DNA from: Candidatus Thorarchaeota archaeon
GTDB lineage: Archaea; Asgardarchaeota; Thorarchaeia; Thorarchaeales; Thorarchaeaceae
NCBI GenBank assembly: GCA_003345545.1
Contig: PRDH01000056.1
Location: forward strand, 1-35,473
Direction: 5' to 3'
Length of the DNA stretch: 35,473 nucleotides
Part shown: piece after piece, positions 1 through 9,290 of the stretch
Layout: every line of letters starts with the position of its first letter
Position numbering within the stretch: the first letter of the stretch is position 1
Position numbers and translations under genes: made by a program
The notes under the pieces: generated by a model
Database searches by the model: none
Seen by the model: only the letters and a program-made list of their open reading frames with translations
Told to the model about the DNA's origin: nothing

Positions 1-445
1 TATACCCACCTCCAGACCAACCCCGATATAGAAGAGCTCCTGAAAGAAAGCGGTCTTCACGAGATATCCTGTATGCGAGGGGATTTCCAGTTGTACCACC
101 AGTTGTGCGAGCATAATACCTAACATTAACGCCTTGGGGGAAAGTAGAGTCCTTATTCTTGAGTAGGTCATCCTTGGTCGTAGGAGGGACCTTCTCGAGG
201 TCCTTCACTGTCCGTATATCGGAGGGGGTCAAACTATTCTCCTTGAATCGTTGCTTGTAGAACGGAACATGATTGTAACAGAAGGAGATCATTCTTCTTA
301 GCTGTCTGTTCTGATCATGCTGAAGGGCCTCTCGGGACCTCCACTGATTCTTAACCAGAGATTGATACATGCCTGTGAAGCCAGGTCTCTGTATCTCATG
401 TGCAGCCACGAAGATTGCCCGTTCGATAAGACTCATAGAGGGCAT
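1..445 (-). CDS. CapK/phenylacetate-CoA ligase (PaaK)-like adenylate-forming enzyme, 5' part; runs off the window edge
   Basis: Not in the ORF track. Manual translation of the reverse strand from ATG 445 (or 436): MPSMSLIERAIFVAAHEIQ...NQWRSREALQHDQNRQLRRMISFCYNHVPFYKQRFKENSLTPSDIRTVKDLEKVPPTTKDDL...ARTTGGTTGNP. The VPFY, DLxxxPxxxKDD and TGGTTGxP AMP-binding loop motifs are typical of this family. Confidence 0.88.
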   Translation of the reverse strand, partial: MPSMSLIERAIFVAAHEIQRPGFTGMYQSLVKNQWRSREALQHDQNRQLRRMISFCYNHVPFYKQRFKENSLTPSDIRTVKDLEKVPPTTKDDLLKNKDSTFPQGVNVRYYARTTGGTTGNPLAYRISREDRFLSGALLYRGWSGGGY

Positions 446-567
446 GACTCTCAGTCAACCCTTAAGAATTCATCTTCACGAGAGTTGGGACTCACCAATC
501 CATGCTTTGTGAGTTGGTTGCATGATATTCAATTACATTGAAGCCTTCACGGGGGCTAGACAGTGTA

Positions 568-1593
568 TTAAGCCGAATGGGACTGCCACCCCTCCTTATC
601 GCGAAAGACAACTGATACAACTACCCACAATAGCCCAATCCCGGCGCACGCCATCAGTACTGAGACAGCAATATCATTCAAGCCTCCGGTGCTGCTGGTG
701 ATTCCAGTGCTTCCATTATCTATTGGTGTTGTTGAAGTGCCTGTGCCTGAAAGGACAAGGTCCGACACTCTATAGAAGACAAGGTCCATTGTTTGCGCAG
801 CTTCTAGAATCGATGCTAGTTTCTCCACCGGAGTACCGTAGTCGGGAGAGTCGTATGTAGGAGTGTGCCCATACAGAATAATGACCTCATCAGACTGACG
901 GGCTCGCTCCAGTCCTTGGATTATTTCATCAACTGTATTCCCATACTCACTATCAATCCCGACTCCGCGAATCAATGCTTCATTCTGCCACTTGTAGTAG
1001 ACCGAATCCAAATCCACTATACGAGTTGTGTTTGATGTATGTGCTGTTGACCTGAGGCGTATAAAATACTTGAGCAGTTCGGCATCAATTGTGGAGTTGC
1101 GAGAACCAAATGGATATGCAAAGGACTTTGGAGGGAGTTCATTCTCAGTCATGAGCTCGATGGCTGGAGCAATTTCCTCGTCAATGTAGGCTTGAAGAGA
1201 GTTATTCCTGACAAACTCCACGGCATTCACATATCGGAGCCCTGAAATTGCCACTTCGTGTCCCGCATTCTTCATTATTCTAAGTTTTCCAAACTCGCTA
1301 GTAGTCAAGTTGTCAATGTTGCCTACGAAAAAAGTTACCTTTGCGCTATAGTTGCTCAGTAGACTCATGATACTATACCATTCATCTACCGCCCAACCAT
1401 TGAAAGTAATGGCAATTCCAGGCAGTCCTGGGGTGACCAGAGTCGTCGCTCCGTGACTATCGAAAGGGATTCCTGAATAGGATATGGGCTGATATGGAGA
1501 AACAACAATGCGGTCTTTATTCCCAAGAAGATCCATCGATATTGAGAGAATCAGGAAGAGAACTACAGCTCCTACAAGAGCATCCCTGTGCAT
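568..1593 (-). CDS. Membrane-anchored NodB/CE4 polysaccharide deacetylase homolog with degenerate active site
   Basis: N-terminal hydrophobic helix; CE4 scaffold (ITF-NG, TFFV, GHEV, FAYPFG, IILYGH); Thr/Ser-rich linker and C-terminal TM helix. Start moved to ATG 1593 (GGAG upstream); the ORF track begins at GTG 1632. Confidence 0.8.
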   Translation of the reverse strand: MHRDALVGAVVLFLILSISMDLLGNKDRIVVSPYQPISYSGIPFDSHGATTLVTPGLPGIAITFNGWAVDEWYSIMSLLSNYSAKVTFFVGNIDNLTTSEFGKLRIMKNAGHEVAISGLRYVNAVEFVRNNSLQAYIDEEIAPAIELMTENELPPKSFAYPFGSRNSTIDAELLKYFIRLRSTAHTSNTTRIVDLDSVYYKWQNEALIRGVGIDSEYGNTVDEIIQGLERARQSDEVIILYGHTPTYDSPDYGTPVEKLASILEAAQTMDLVFYRVSDLVLSGTGTSTTPIDNGSTGITSSTGGLNDIAVSVLMACAGIGLLWVVVSVVFRDKEGWQSHSA

Positions 1594-1709
1594 CGTCGTT
1601 TGCTCCAGTCCATACCCGTTTTGCTGATACACCTTGGAAGCCTGCGTATTTAATGATTTGTCAGAAAACAGTCTGTCGGTATCCTAGTATGTTCTGATGC
1701 GAATGATTC

Positions 1710-3878
1710 ATGTGTATCCTATGGGATGCAAGCTCCCGATACGTAACAGTAACACGACATCTTTATCTGTTCAAGCACTTAACGCAACCACTAAACTTAT
1801 CGGAAAAAGGGGCATTTGACACGATCGCTGTGTATACCCCCCTCAATCATCCAACCTGGAGGGATACTATCCGGAAACTCATCATAACGAGAAAAGAGCT
1901 CATAGTACTTGTTTTGCTGAGTATGATTTTAAGAATACCCCGAGTTCCTGGTATAATTGGAGATGACGCTTTTGTTGTTTTGTGGTTGGGACGAATACTG
2001 AGTGAAGGGTATTTCGAGAACTATGCTCTTTCCCCCTTTTCTCTATTAGGTCTCTATCCTTTTGCTACCTACCCTCTCGGCATTCCACTAGTAGTTGCCA
2101 TCATGCTAAGACTGGGACTCTCTTTTGAGGTCATCGTCACTGTGGTTTCAATGACTGCAGGAGTAGTTGGAACGGCAGGTGCATATGTACTTGGAAGAGA
2201 AATCTGCGGGACCAATCAGAGGCCCTTCTTCTTCGCGGCCTTCTATTCCTTCAGCTCTGTGTTCGTCAATTTCACTTACTTCACGATTACTGCCAGAGGG
2301 TCTTTCCTCGCTGTCCTACCTTGGTTCCTCTTCTATGGTGTCAAATTCATGAGGGGAAGAAATGTCAGACGCTGGAAACTGACCGATGATGGGCTTACGC
2401 TCGTTCCTGCGGCAACGTTGAGGGATTCAGCGATTGCATCCATACTCCTTGCTGCACTTTTTTTCATTCATGGGCTGGCTGTGTTCATTTCAATCTATAT
2501 TGCTGTGTTTATTGGCTACTATATTATGAGAGAGATGCAAGATACTAGGATTGTATGTTGGCTGGCTAGAGTCCTTGGCGATGTACGTTTGGGCATTTCT
2601 GCCTTTGAGTCCTCAACCTTCTCAGATGGTGAACATCACAGTTTGAGTGCTTTTGCGGGTTTAAGGCAGCAAGTAAAGAAAAGAGTACCCAGCGACTGGC
2701 CGTCATGGCTAATATATATCCTACTTGTCTGCGGAGCCCTTGTCCTCGGCATCATTTTCGTTCCCATAGATCCTTCAAAGACTGCTCCATTTCTCTTCTC
2801 AAACAGCACTCTCTTTGGTAGGACCTGGAATCTGATAGTTGACTACGGGATTCTGCTCGGGCTTCTGAGTCTATTCCTCCCAATTGGAATTCTTGGTGCC
2901 TTCCAAGAGGACAAAGGAAGCAACAGGAGATTGATACATGTCATTCTGGTTCCGCTGGTCTTGTTCATTCTGCCAATGAGCGTCTATACATCGGTGCTCT
3001 TTCTCCCTGTTTTCGGATACTACTCAATTGTAGGATTTGACAAATTCCGAACCTCCTTTAAGGACAGGTGGGCTGGCTTACTCTCCGTCGTTTTTGTGGC
3101 AGTCTATGTGATGATCTATATGCAGTTTGCAGCAATCTTACCAATCTGGTCCCTTGGATTTGTGATGGCAACTATTGTCATTGCGCTTTTGGCTCCAATT
3201 CTTGCCTTGCGAAGGTGGAGTATGTATCGCACTACCGTGGGACATCAACTAAGAAGGTTGAGAACGTCAGTTGGCCAAGGGCCAGTAGATTTCCTTGATT
3301 TGCAGGGAATACGTATATTCTTCATATCAGTCATCATCATCTCACTGATAACTTCTGAAGGAATACTCCTCCAAACCGAGTTCAAGTATGTCACGAATGA
3401 TGAACGCCTAATATACGAGTACCTCGGCGACCAGTCTGAGCCAGGAATCCTCTTCGTGCCAACACCACCTCTGGGAAGACGATTACAGGCTTATGGTTTT
3501 GAGGCGGTTCTTTCGTTTAACGGTGACGCTGCACTCTACTTCGGATGGATTGAATCCTCCAACATAACAGCCAACTCCCACATGAGTATATTGAACCTCA
3601 TTCTGCATGGACGGCTTTTTGTCTATGACGGGCCAGATGCTGAAAGAGAACTATGGCTCCAGTTCTTCAGTCTCGACCTGACCTCACCAGAAGATCGAGA
3701 ATCAGCAGCAGCACTCGGACTGGAATATGTGATTGTCGAAAAGACTCCAAGCGGCTATAGTGATGTTTTTTACTCGATCTACGGGGAGTACTACTCGCCC
3801 CTTCTCCATTCAACTCCGCTGGCCTGTAATCGGGTTTTGGACGGAGAGAAGCTGAGTCTATTCCAGATACCCTCTTGA
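1710..3878 (+). CDS. Polytopic membrane protein, probable GT-C-fold glycosyltransferase/glycan polymerase
   Basis: More than 10 predicted TM segments, acidic GDDAF motif right after TM1, YPLG(I)P loop, soluble C-terminal domain; lies in a glycan locus. True start uncertain (GTG 1830 or later). Confidence 0.6.
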   Translation: MCILWDASSRYVTVTRHLYLFKHLTQPLNLSEKGAFDTIAVYTPLNHPTWRDTIRKLIITRKELIVLVLLSMILRIPRVPGIIGDDAFVVLWLGRILSEGYFENYALSPFSLLGLYPFATYPLGIPLVVAIMLRLGLSFEVIVTVVSMTAGVVGTAGAYVLGREICGTNQRPFFFAAFYSFSSVFVNFTYFTITARGSFLAVLPWFLFYGVKFMRGRNVRRWKLTDDGLTLVPAATLRDSAIASILLAALFFIHGLAVFISIYIAVFIGYYIMREMQDTRIVCWLARVLGDVRLGISAFESSTFSDGEHHSLSAFAGLRQQVKKRVPSDWPSWLIYILLVCGALVLGIIFVPIDPSKTAPFLFSNSTLFGRTWNLIVDYGILLGLLSLFLPIGILGAFQEDKGSNRRLIHVILVPLVLFILPMSVYTSVLFLPVFGYYSIVGFDKFRTSFKDRWAGLLSVVFVAVYVMIYMQFAAILPIWSLGFVMATIVIALLAPILALRRWSMYRTTVGHQLRRLRTSVGQGPVDFLDLQGIRIFFISVIIISLITSEGILLQTEFKYVTNDERLIYEYLGDQSEPGILFVPTPPLGRRLQAYGFEAVLSFNGDAALYFGWIESSNITANSHMSILNLILHGRLFVYDGPDAERELWLQFFSLDLTSPEDRESAAALGLEYVIVEKTPSGYSDVFYSIYGEYYSPLLHSTPLACNRVLDGEKLSLFQIPS

Positions 3879-3920
3879 TGTCGACTAAGCAAAGATAGTG
3901 CAGATTGGTCATTCTTCCGT

Positions 3921-4958
3921 CTACCGGTACTTTCTTTTTACCAAATCTAATAGCTCCCTGAAAATGAACTCAACGACGTCAATTTTGCCAGAAAGGAAAT
4001 CCCTGCTCCGTTCTCTGAATTGTTCAGGCGGAATCGCCATAACCTCATCTATGGCCGTTCGGATTTGGTTCTCCATGTTTTCTGATGGTATGATATGATA
4101 GAGTAGTCCTGCCGCTTCCTCGGCATCTATAGTACCTGCTACTTGTGTATTCAAGTAGATGGAAGGAGTGCCCAGACATGCACATTCTGAGGCCATTGTC
4201 GCACCTTCTCCCACGTACGCTCTTGCATATGCGAGCATCGAATGCATATCCTCTGGCGCTATTGTCAATGTGTGATTCTTAAGGTCCGAGCTCACGCCTG
4301 ATTCCATAGACAGGACGACCTTGCCATATTTCTGGAGATGCTGAACCAAACCAGGAAGGTCAGCAATCCCTCTCTGACCCCAATCATGAGTAGCTTTCCA
4401 AGATACAACTCGCACTACAAAAAAGGTGTCTTCCTCGGTGAGTCCATATTTAGAGAGAACCTGCACATCAGGCTTGAAATACTTAGGCAAGAGATATGCC
4501 ATCTTCTGGGATCCGTTGTAGCGTATGTGTTTCTTACCGAGGTTTCTTTGGAATACTTCTGGCGTGTAAATCATGCTAGAAAAGAACCTAATAACAGACC
4601 CTTGAATGATACTCCCCTCGGTGTCGACAAAGGTCATACATACCCTGTTCAGAATGCGAGCTACGGGGGCAGCATGGACAGAACCACAACTCAGAAAGGC
4701 ATGGGGGTTGAATTCCTGTGCTATTTTCAGTAACTTGTGGGTTGTCTTGACTAAGCTCATTGCTCTATCAGTGAGATTCGAGTATTGACCCACTATACGA
4801 TACTCAAACCCATAGGCATCAAGAAGGTCGGTAGCAACATCCTTCTGACGAGTTGTTATACAGACCTTACCTCCGGATTCTTCTATCCGCCATATGACGT
4901 GTTTCAGCACATGGACGTGTGCTGGATGGCCAATGTCGACAAGAACCCTAAGTGTCAT
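3921..4958 (-). CDS. DUF354 family GT-B glycosyltransferase-like protein
   Basis: N-terminal VLVDIGHPAHVH, TRQKD, FVDTE, HDWGQRG, GEGATMASECACLGTP motifs. ATG 4958 lies 4 nt after the stop of the upstream gene. Confidence 0.85.
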   Translation of the reverse strand: MTLRVLVDIGHPAHVHVLKHVIWRIEESGGKVCITTRQKDVATDLLDAYGFEYRIVGQYSNLTDRAMSLVKTTHKLLKIAQEFNPHAFLSCGSVHAAPVARILNRVCMTFVDTEGSIIQGSVIRFFSSMIYTPEVFQRNLGKKHIRYNGSQKMAYLLPKYFKPDVQVLSKYGLTEEDTFFVVRVVSWKATHDWGQRGIADLPGLVQHLQKYGKVVLSMESGVSSDLKNHTLTIAPEDMHSMLAYARAYVGEGATMASECACLGTPSIYLNTQVAGTIDAEEAAGLLYHIIPSENMENQIRTAIDEVMAIPPEQFRERSRDFLSGKIDVVEFIFRELLDLVKRKYR

Positions 4959-4962
4959 ACTC

Positions 4963-5610
4963 TCATTCCTTGCTATCATTTGTTTCATTAGTAGGTCCGG
5001 ATACCGGTTTCAGCCAATCTTCTCTCCAGAAACAGAAACAAGATCTATCACAATCTCCGTGGGCTTCTCCGGAGCAGAAGGCACCTTCGAGGAGAAACGT
5101 TGGCAATCGTATTCTCCGCAACTCTCCATTGGTTTCCAAGATTATCCTCTCAAGTCTCTTAAAGACCTTAAATCTTCGTCCACAATACTGTTTCATCTCT
5201 TTCATGAAAGCTAATCCTCGAAGCTTTCCTTCCTCATTTAGTGTATTGAAAATCTCTTCGAATGACTTGACCTCAACCCAGTCCCCAGAACTTACTCTCA
5301 AATCACTCTTGCCGCTTCCACCATTGCTGTGTTTCGGTTCTTTTCCTTTAAGAGTTCTACTTACTTGCGCTGGTATAAGGGTTCTCGATTGGTAATCTGA
5401 TGGACCGAAGACTCCGAATCTCCATGCGTGCTTCGCCACAGTGAACCATGGCTCATTAGAGCCCAACTTCTTAGACATGAATCTAAGAGGGCCTAAAACT
5501 GCAGTGTGCCAAATCAAACGTTTCAGGTTCCACCAGAACCTAGGCGCCATCTCTGGTTTTGAAATTCCTAATAAGCTATCATAGACAAACTGACAATAAT
5601 CTAATCCCAT
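4963..5610 (-). CDS. Conserved hypothetical protein with Cys-rich C-terminal domain (type seen in polysaccharide loci)
   Basis: GDWVEVKSFEEIFNTL...RGLAFMKEMKQYCG...LLEGAFCSGEAHGDCDRSCFCFWREDWL; co-oriented and tightly linked with the DUF354 gene. Confidence 0.7.
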   Translation of the reverse strand: MGLDYCQFVYDSLLGISKPEMAPRFWWNLKRLIWHTAVLGPLRFMSKKLGSNEPWFTVAKHAWRFGVFGPSDYQSRTLIPAQVSRTLKGKEPKHSNGGSGKSDLRVSSGDWVEVKSFEEIFNTLNEEGKLRGLAFMKEMKQYCGRRFKVFKRLERIILETNGELRRIRLPTFLLEGAFCSGEAHGDCDRSCFCFWREDWLKPVSGPTNETNDSKE

Positions 5611-5930
5611 TGTACAGCCCTTGCCTCATGCACAAGTGACATGTTGTAGGTATCTATAACTCCTAAAATTGATTCTGGTTATCCAATTATCGATTTTGAA
5701 ACATATTCCAATAGATAAACATCGAATGTTCTTTTGTAGACACATATGTCAGAGCACCCAAGGCCATGAAGCGGTTACAAGAAACAAGAGGAGTTTGAAT
5801 AGTTACCATGATTAACGGTTTGACATAGCATATGAAAGAAGCAGAAGGGCACATGTCTAACACAGTCTTCTCTCATTGACTGCAGGAATATGTCAAAGCA
5901 TGTCTCGGAGAGACTCATTATATATGTGTC

Positions 5931-5965
5931 AGTGCCCTTTGTTGCTCCAACGAACAAAGGGCATT
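5931..5965. promoter_or_regulatory. Perfect 11-bp inverted repeat just downstream of a TATA-like box
   Basis: TGCCCTTTGTT (5933-5943) / AACAAAGGGCA (5953-5963); TTATATA at 5918-5924; upstream of the radical SAM gene. Confidence 0.45.
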
Positions 5966-6036
5966 TCATCGGGCGTGCAACAGAGCCATCGGGAGAAGGC
6001 AGCCTGAGCCGATACTGAATTTCGAGGCATTAGATA

Positions 6037-7047
6037 ATGAAGGAAACTGAGGCTCGAGAAACATCCCAACGACGTAGACGCCTCAGAAGTTCACCTGTCC
6101 GATATGCATTTGAAGAGGTGAAGTTTTTTAGGTCCTTCAAAGACCTGCGCAATTTCTGTGAAAAGGTTAGGATTGTATTTCCGCGCGTCACGGGAACTTT
6201 CGATAGGTTCCACACAGTGCCACCTGTTCTGCAGATTGAACCAACCAACTACTGCAATGCCAACTGCATTTGTTGTCCTACTGCCAGAAGTTCGAGAAAG
6301 AGAGGATACATGGACTTTGACCTGTTCTGCAAAATCATTGATGATGCTTCTAGGATTGGGGTAAGGGCTGTGTTCTTGTTCCTTCATGGCGAACCAACGC
6401 TTCACCCAAGGATCGTCGAGATGATACGTTACATCAAATTGAAAGGGCTTGCGTATCATATGACAACCAATGGCGTTCCGTTTAACGAGAAAAAGATCAG
6501 GGAAATCCTTTGCTCAGGAACCAATAGTGCAGATTACATATCATTTTCGATACTAGGCGCATCAAAAGAAGTTCATGAAAAGATTGTCAGACAAGTGAGC
6601 CATGAGAGAGTAGTGGAGAATCTTCACATGCTTCTGAACATGAGGAAAAGCATGAGGGTAAATGGTCCTGTGATTGAAGCTATCTTCTACACGATGACTG
6701 AGAACAGACATGAGGAGGATGAATTCATCAAGAGATGGCGGGGGGTTCTGGATCATGTAAGGATGAGCGGTGATATATCACAGTCATTTTCTGAGTACAA
6801 GAGAGAGCGTCCATCTCCTGTGGTCAGAACCAGAAAATGCTTGAACCTCTGGCAGAAGATGACGGTCTTTTGGAATGGGGATGTCACATTGTGCTGCGAA
6901 GATGTGGACGGAGATTGGATCTTTGGCAACTTGAATGAACAAACAATCAGCGAAGTTTGGAATGACAAGAAGTTGTTGGCCATAAAGAGCATCCATAAGA
7001 AGAAGCAGTTCGACAGGATTCCCTTATGCTATTCATGTGACATGTGA
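6037..7047 (+). CDS. Radical SAM protein with C-terminal SPASM/Twitch Fe-S domain
   Basis: IEPTNYCNANCICC (CxxxCxxC), GEPTLHP, TTNG; C-terminal CLNLW...GDVTLCCED...GNL...CYSC. Confidence 0.92.
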   Translation: MKETEARETSQRRRRLRSSPVRYAFEEVKFFRSFKDLRNFCEKVRIVFPRVTGTFDRFHTVPPVLQIEPTNYCNANCICCPTARSSRKRGYMDFDLFCKIIDDASRIGVRAVFLFLHGEPTLHPRIVEMIRYIKLKGLAYHMTTNGVPFNEKKIREILCSGTNSADYISFSILGASKEVHEKIVRQVSHERVVENLHMLLNMRKSMRVNGPVIEAIFYTMTENRHEEDEFIKRWRGVLDHVRMSGDISQSFSEYKRERPSPVVRTRKCLNLWQKMTVFWNGDVTLCCEDVDGDWIFGNLNEQTISEVWNDKKLLAIKSIHKKKQFDRIPLCYSCDM

Positions 7048-7050
7048 TGA

Positions 7051-7080
7051 CGAGGGACAACACGCTACTGGTTGTTCTCG
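7051..7080 (+). terminator. Hairpin immediately after the radical SAM double stop, between convergent genes
   Basis: CGAGGGACAAC / GTTGTTCTCG can form ~10 bp with one bulge and a GU pair. Confidence 0.3.
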
Positions 7081-7192
7081 AGATAATGGGCCTGTTCAGG
7101 CGAACATACGTACAGATACTTTCTCTAATCCACCATCACGAGGCGTTACTAGCGGTTAAGTGAATCAGCTGCTTCTTCATTTCAGGAGTGAA

Positions 7193-8230
7193 TTAACTGA
7201 CCCGTTTGACCGCTCTCCACACCCTATATCCTACTGGGGCAACAAGTGCTTTCAACCGATTGTGTGTGCAAACCAGTCTTCCAAGCTCTACTTGATGGCC
7301 GCCCATGCTTTTCTTGAACTCCCTTACTCCGTACTCCTGCCCATGTCGCCCCGCTCCTCCAAAATCAAATAGCCTGAATCCATTTGCCACAGCCCATTCA
7401 ATGGCAGACCAGAAGGTGTACTCCCCGATACCAAGATCAGAATGCTGCATGTCTGCCGCGTTGTACCATAGATAGATGACTTCCTTGAATGTCAAGAATA
7501 CTCCGATACCGACCAGCGCTCCTTGGAGTCTGACACCCACTAATCGTGCAAGATTCTTCTCTTGAAGTACCGCTATCACTGACTCAAAAAGCGATTTCGG
7601 AGGCATAGGGACTCTGATTCGTTCGTAGGTTTGCTTCACAAGAGAATACAAATTGTCAAGACTGTCAATTGTCACGACGACAGATGACAACTCCGATTTG
7701 AGAGCCTTCCGGATACCTCTCTGTCTGTTCTTGTGAAGGCGCTCCCAAAGCTTGTCCATGCCAACCGTGAGATCAATATGGATGTTTAGATGGTCGACGT
7801 ACTCATACCCAGCTGATTCAGCCAGATGGTTTAGGCTTGTTCTTTGCGTGAGATTTCTAAGTTCAGTGAAGACTGCGCTCTTGCCAGCTTCCTTATTGTG
7901 CGCCTTGAGTATCTTTTCAACCAGAAAAGCTTCGTCGTTTCGATTTGAAATTAGAGGGCCGCCATACACAATTATCCTGCTTGAGAACCTGCCTGCTAAT
8001 CGACCGGGTTCTTCAATGCGAACACCTAGCATCAAGGCGATGAGGTCATCATTCTCATCTACGATTGCTGTAAAAACCGGCACGTATCGCTCAGTATTGA
8101 GATAGACTCTATACATCTCTGGTGTCTGGAAAACGTTCCCGTCATCATTCTCCATCACAAATCGACTCCATGCTAGCTCGTCTATCTCCCTGGGGTCGTG
8201 GACAATGCGATAGTTATCATTGGGATTCAT
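7193..8230 (-). CDS. FemAB/FemX-like double-GNAT acyltransferase, paralog 1
   Basis: GNVFQTPEM, GGP, FTELRN, IDL, RxxIRKA, IYLWY, FDFGG, GVREFKKSMGG motifs. Confidence 0.88.
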   Translation of the reverse strand: MNPNDNYRIVHDPREIDELAWSRFVMENDDGNVFQTPEMYRVYLNTERYVPVFTAIVDENDDLIALMLGVRIEEPGRLAGRFSSRIIVYGGPLISNRNDEAFLVEKILKAHNKEAGKSAVFTELRNLTQRTSLNHLAESAGYEYVDHLNIHIDLTVGMDKLWERLHKNRQRGIRKALKSELSSVVVTIDSLDNLYSLVKQTYERIRVPMPPKSLFESVIAVLQEKNLARLVGVRLQGALVGIGVFLTFKEVIYLWYNAADMQHSDLGIGEYTFWSAIEWAVANGFRLFDFGGAGRHGQEYGVREFKKSMGGHQVELGRLVCTHNRLKALVAPVGYRVWRAVKRVS

Positions 8231-8261
8231 AGGTGTTGCTCCAGAGTCTTCCTTAGCAGTT

Positions 8262-9290
8262 TCAGCGAATAGCCCTCCAGATTCTGAATCCCAGAGTCGC
8301 CAACTTGTGTTTCAAACGGTTGTGTACGCATTCATATTTTCCAGTTTCTCGTGTCATGCCACCCAAACGTTCTTTGAAGACTCTCACTCCACTTTCTTCT
8401 TCTGGTGGCCCACCACCGCCAAAATCGAACAATGCAAAGCCATTTTCCGCCCCCCATTCAAAGGTACTCCAAAACGCCAGTTCATTACAGTGGAATGGCG
8501 TGTACTTCATACTTCCGGCGCAATACCAAGCATAGATTATGTCCTTGTATAACAAGTTCACGACTACTGCTACTAACTCTTCTTCATGTCTGACTCCGAC
8601 AAATCGTGCAAGATTCTTGGACTGAAGAATTGACAAGACTGATTCGAAAAGCGACTTGCGGGGGACGGGGAATGCAATCCGCTGATATGTTTCCTCAAAT
8701 AGAGAATAAAGATCGTCTAAGTCTTCCATAGAGACAACACATGCTGTCAGACCTTCTTTCATAGCTTTTCTTATTTGTTGCCTTCTCTTTGAAGCAAGAT
8801 TGTTCCAGAGCTGCTCAATTCCAGGGGTTAGGTCAAGATACGTACTAGCATGAGGAATGAAACTATACCCTGCGCCTTCAAAAAAAGGATGTAGATCAGG
8901 TGACGGTGACAGGTTCCGCACTTCAGTGAACATTGCCTCATTCTTCACATGCTTTGTATGTGCTCTCAATATCATCTCAAGCAGTGCAGCTCTCCCAACT
9001 TCATCAGATACTATCGGTCCGCCAGTCACAAGAACTCTGTTAGAGAATCTTCTCGCGAATGATCCCACTTCCTCCTTGCGAGCTCCAAGCATCGTAGCAG
9101 CAATGTCCTCGCTCTTGTCCAAGATAGCAGTGAAGACTGGTTCGTATCCCTCGGTACTGAGATACACCCTGTACATCTCAGGGGTCTGGAAGATATTCCC
9201 TCTTGTGTTTGCTAACACGAAACTACTCCAAGCATCTTGATCCAGTTCGGTGGGCTCATGTACAATAGTAAACCCGCGTAAGGACTCCAC
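8262..9290 (-). CDS. FemAB/FemX-like double-GNAT acyltransferase, paralog 2
   Basis: Same motifs (GNIFQTPEM, FTEVRN, FDFGG, GVRVFKERLGG); GTG start preceded by GGTGGTG; collinear with paralog 1. Confidence 0.88.
   Translation of the reverse strand: MESLRGFTIVHEPTELDQDAWSSFVLANTRGNIFQTPEMYRVYLSTEGYEPVFTAILDKSEDIAATMLGARKEEVGSFARRFSNRVLVTGGPIVSDEVGRAALLEMILRAHTKHVKNEAMFTEVRNLSPSPDLHPFFEGAGYSFIPHASTYLDLTPGIEQLWNNLASKRRQQIRKAMKEGLTACVVSMEDLDDLYSLFEETYQRIAFPVPRKSLFESVLSILQSKNLARFVGVRHEEELVAVVVNLLYKDIIYAWYCAGSMKYTPFHCNELAFWSTFEWGAENGFALFDFGGGGPPEEESGVRVFKERLGGMTRETGKYECVHNRLKHKLATLGFRIWRAIR

Noticed and set aside
7042-7086. TGA TGA followed by a hairpin, as a possible selenocysteine read-through
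   Set aside because: The protein already ends at a normal Twitch-domain terminus (CYSCDM); read-through adds only ~12 unremarkable codons, and no SECIS consensus is evident.
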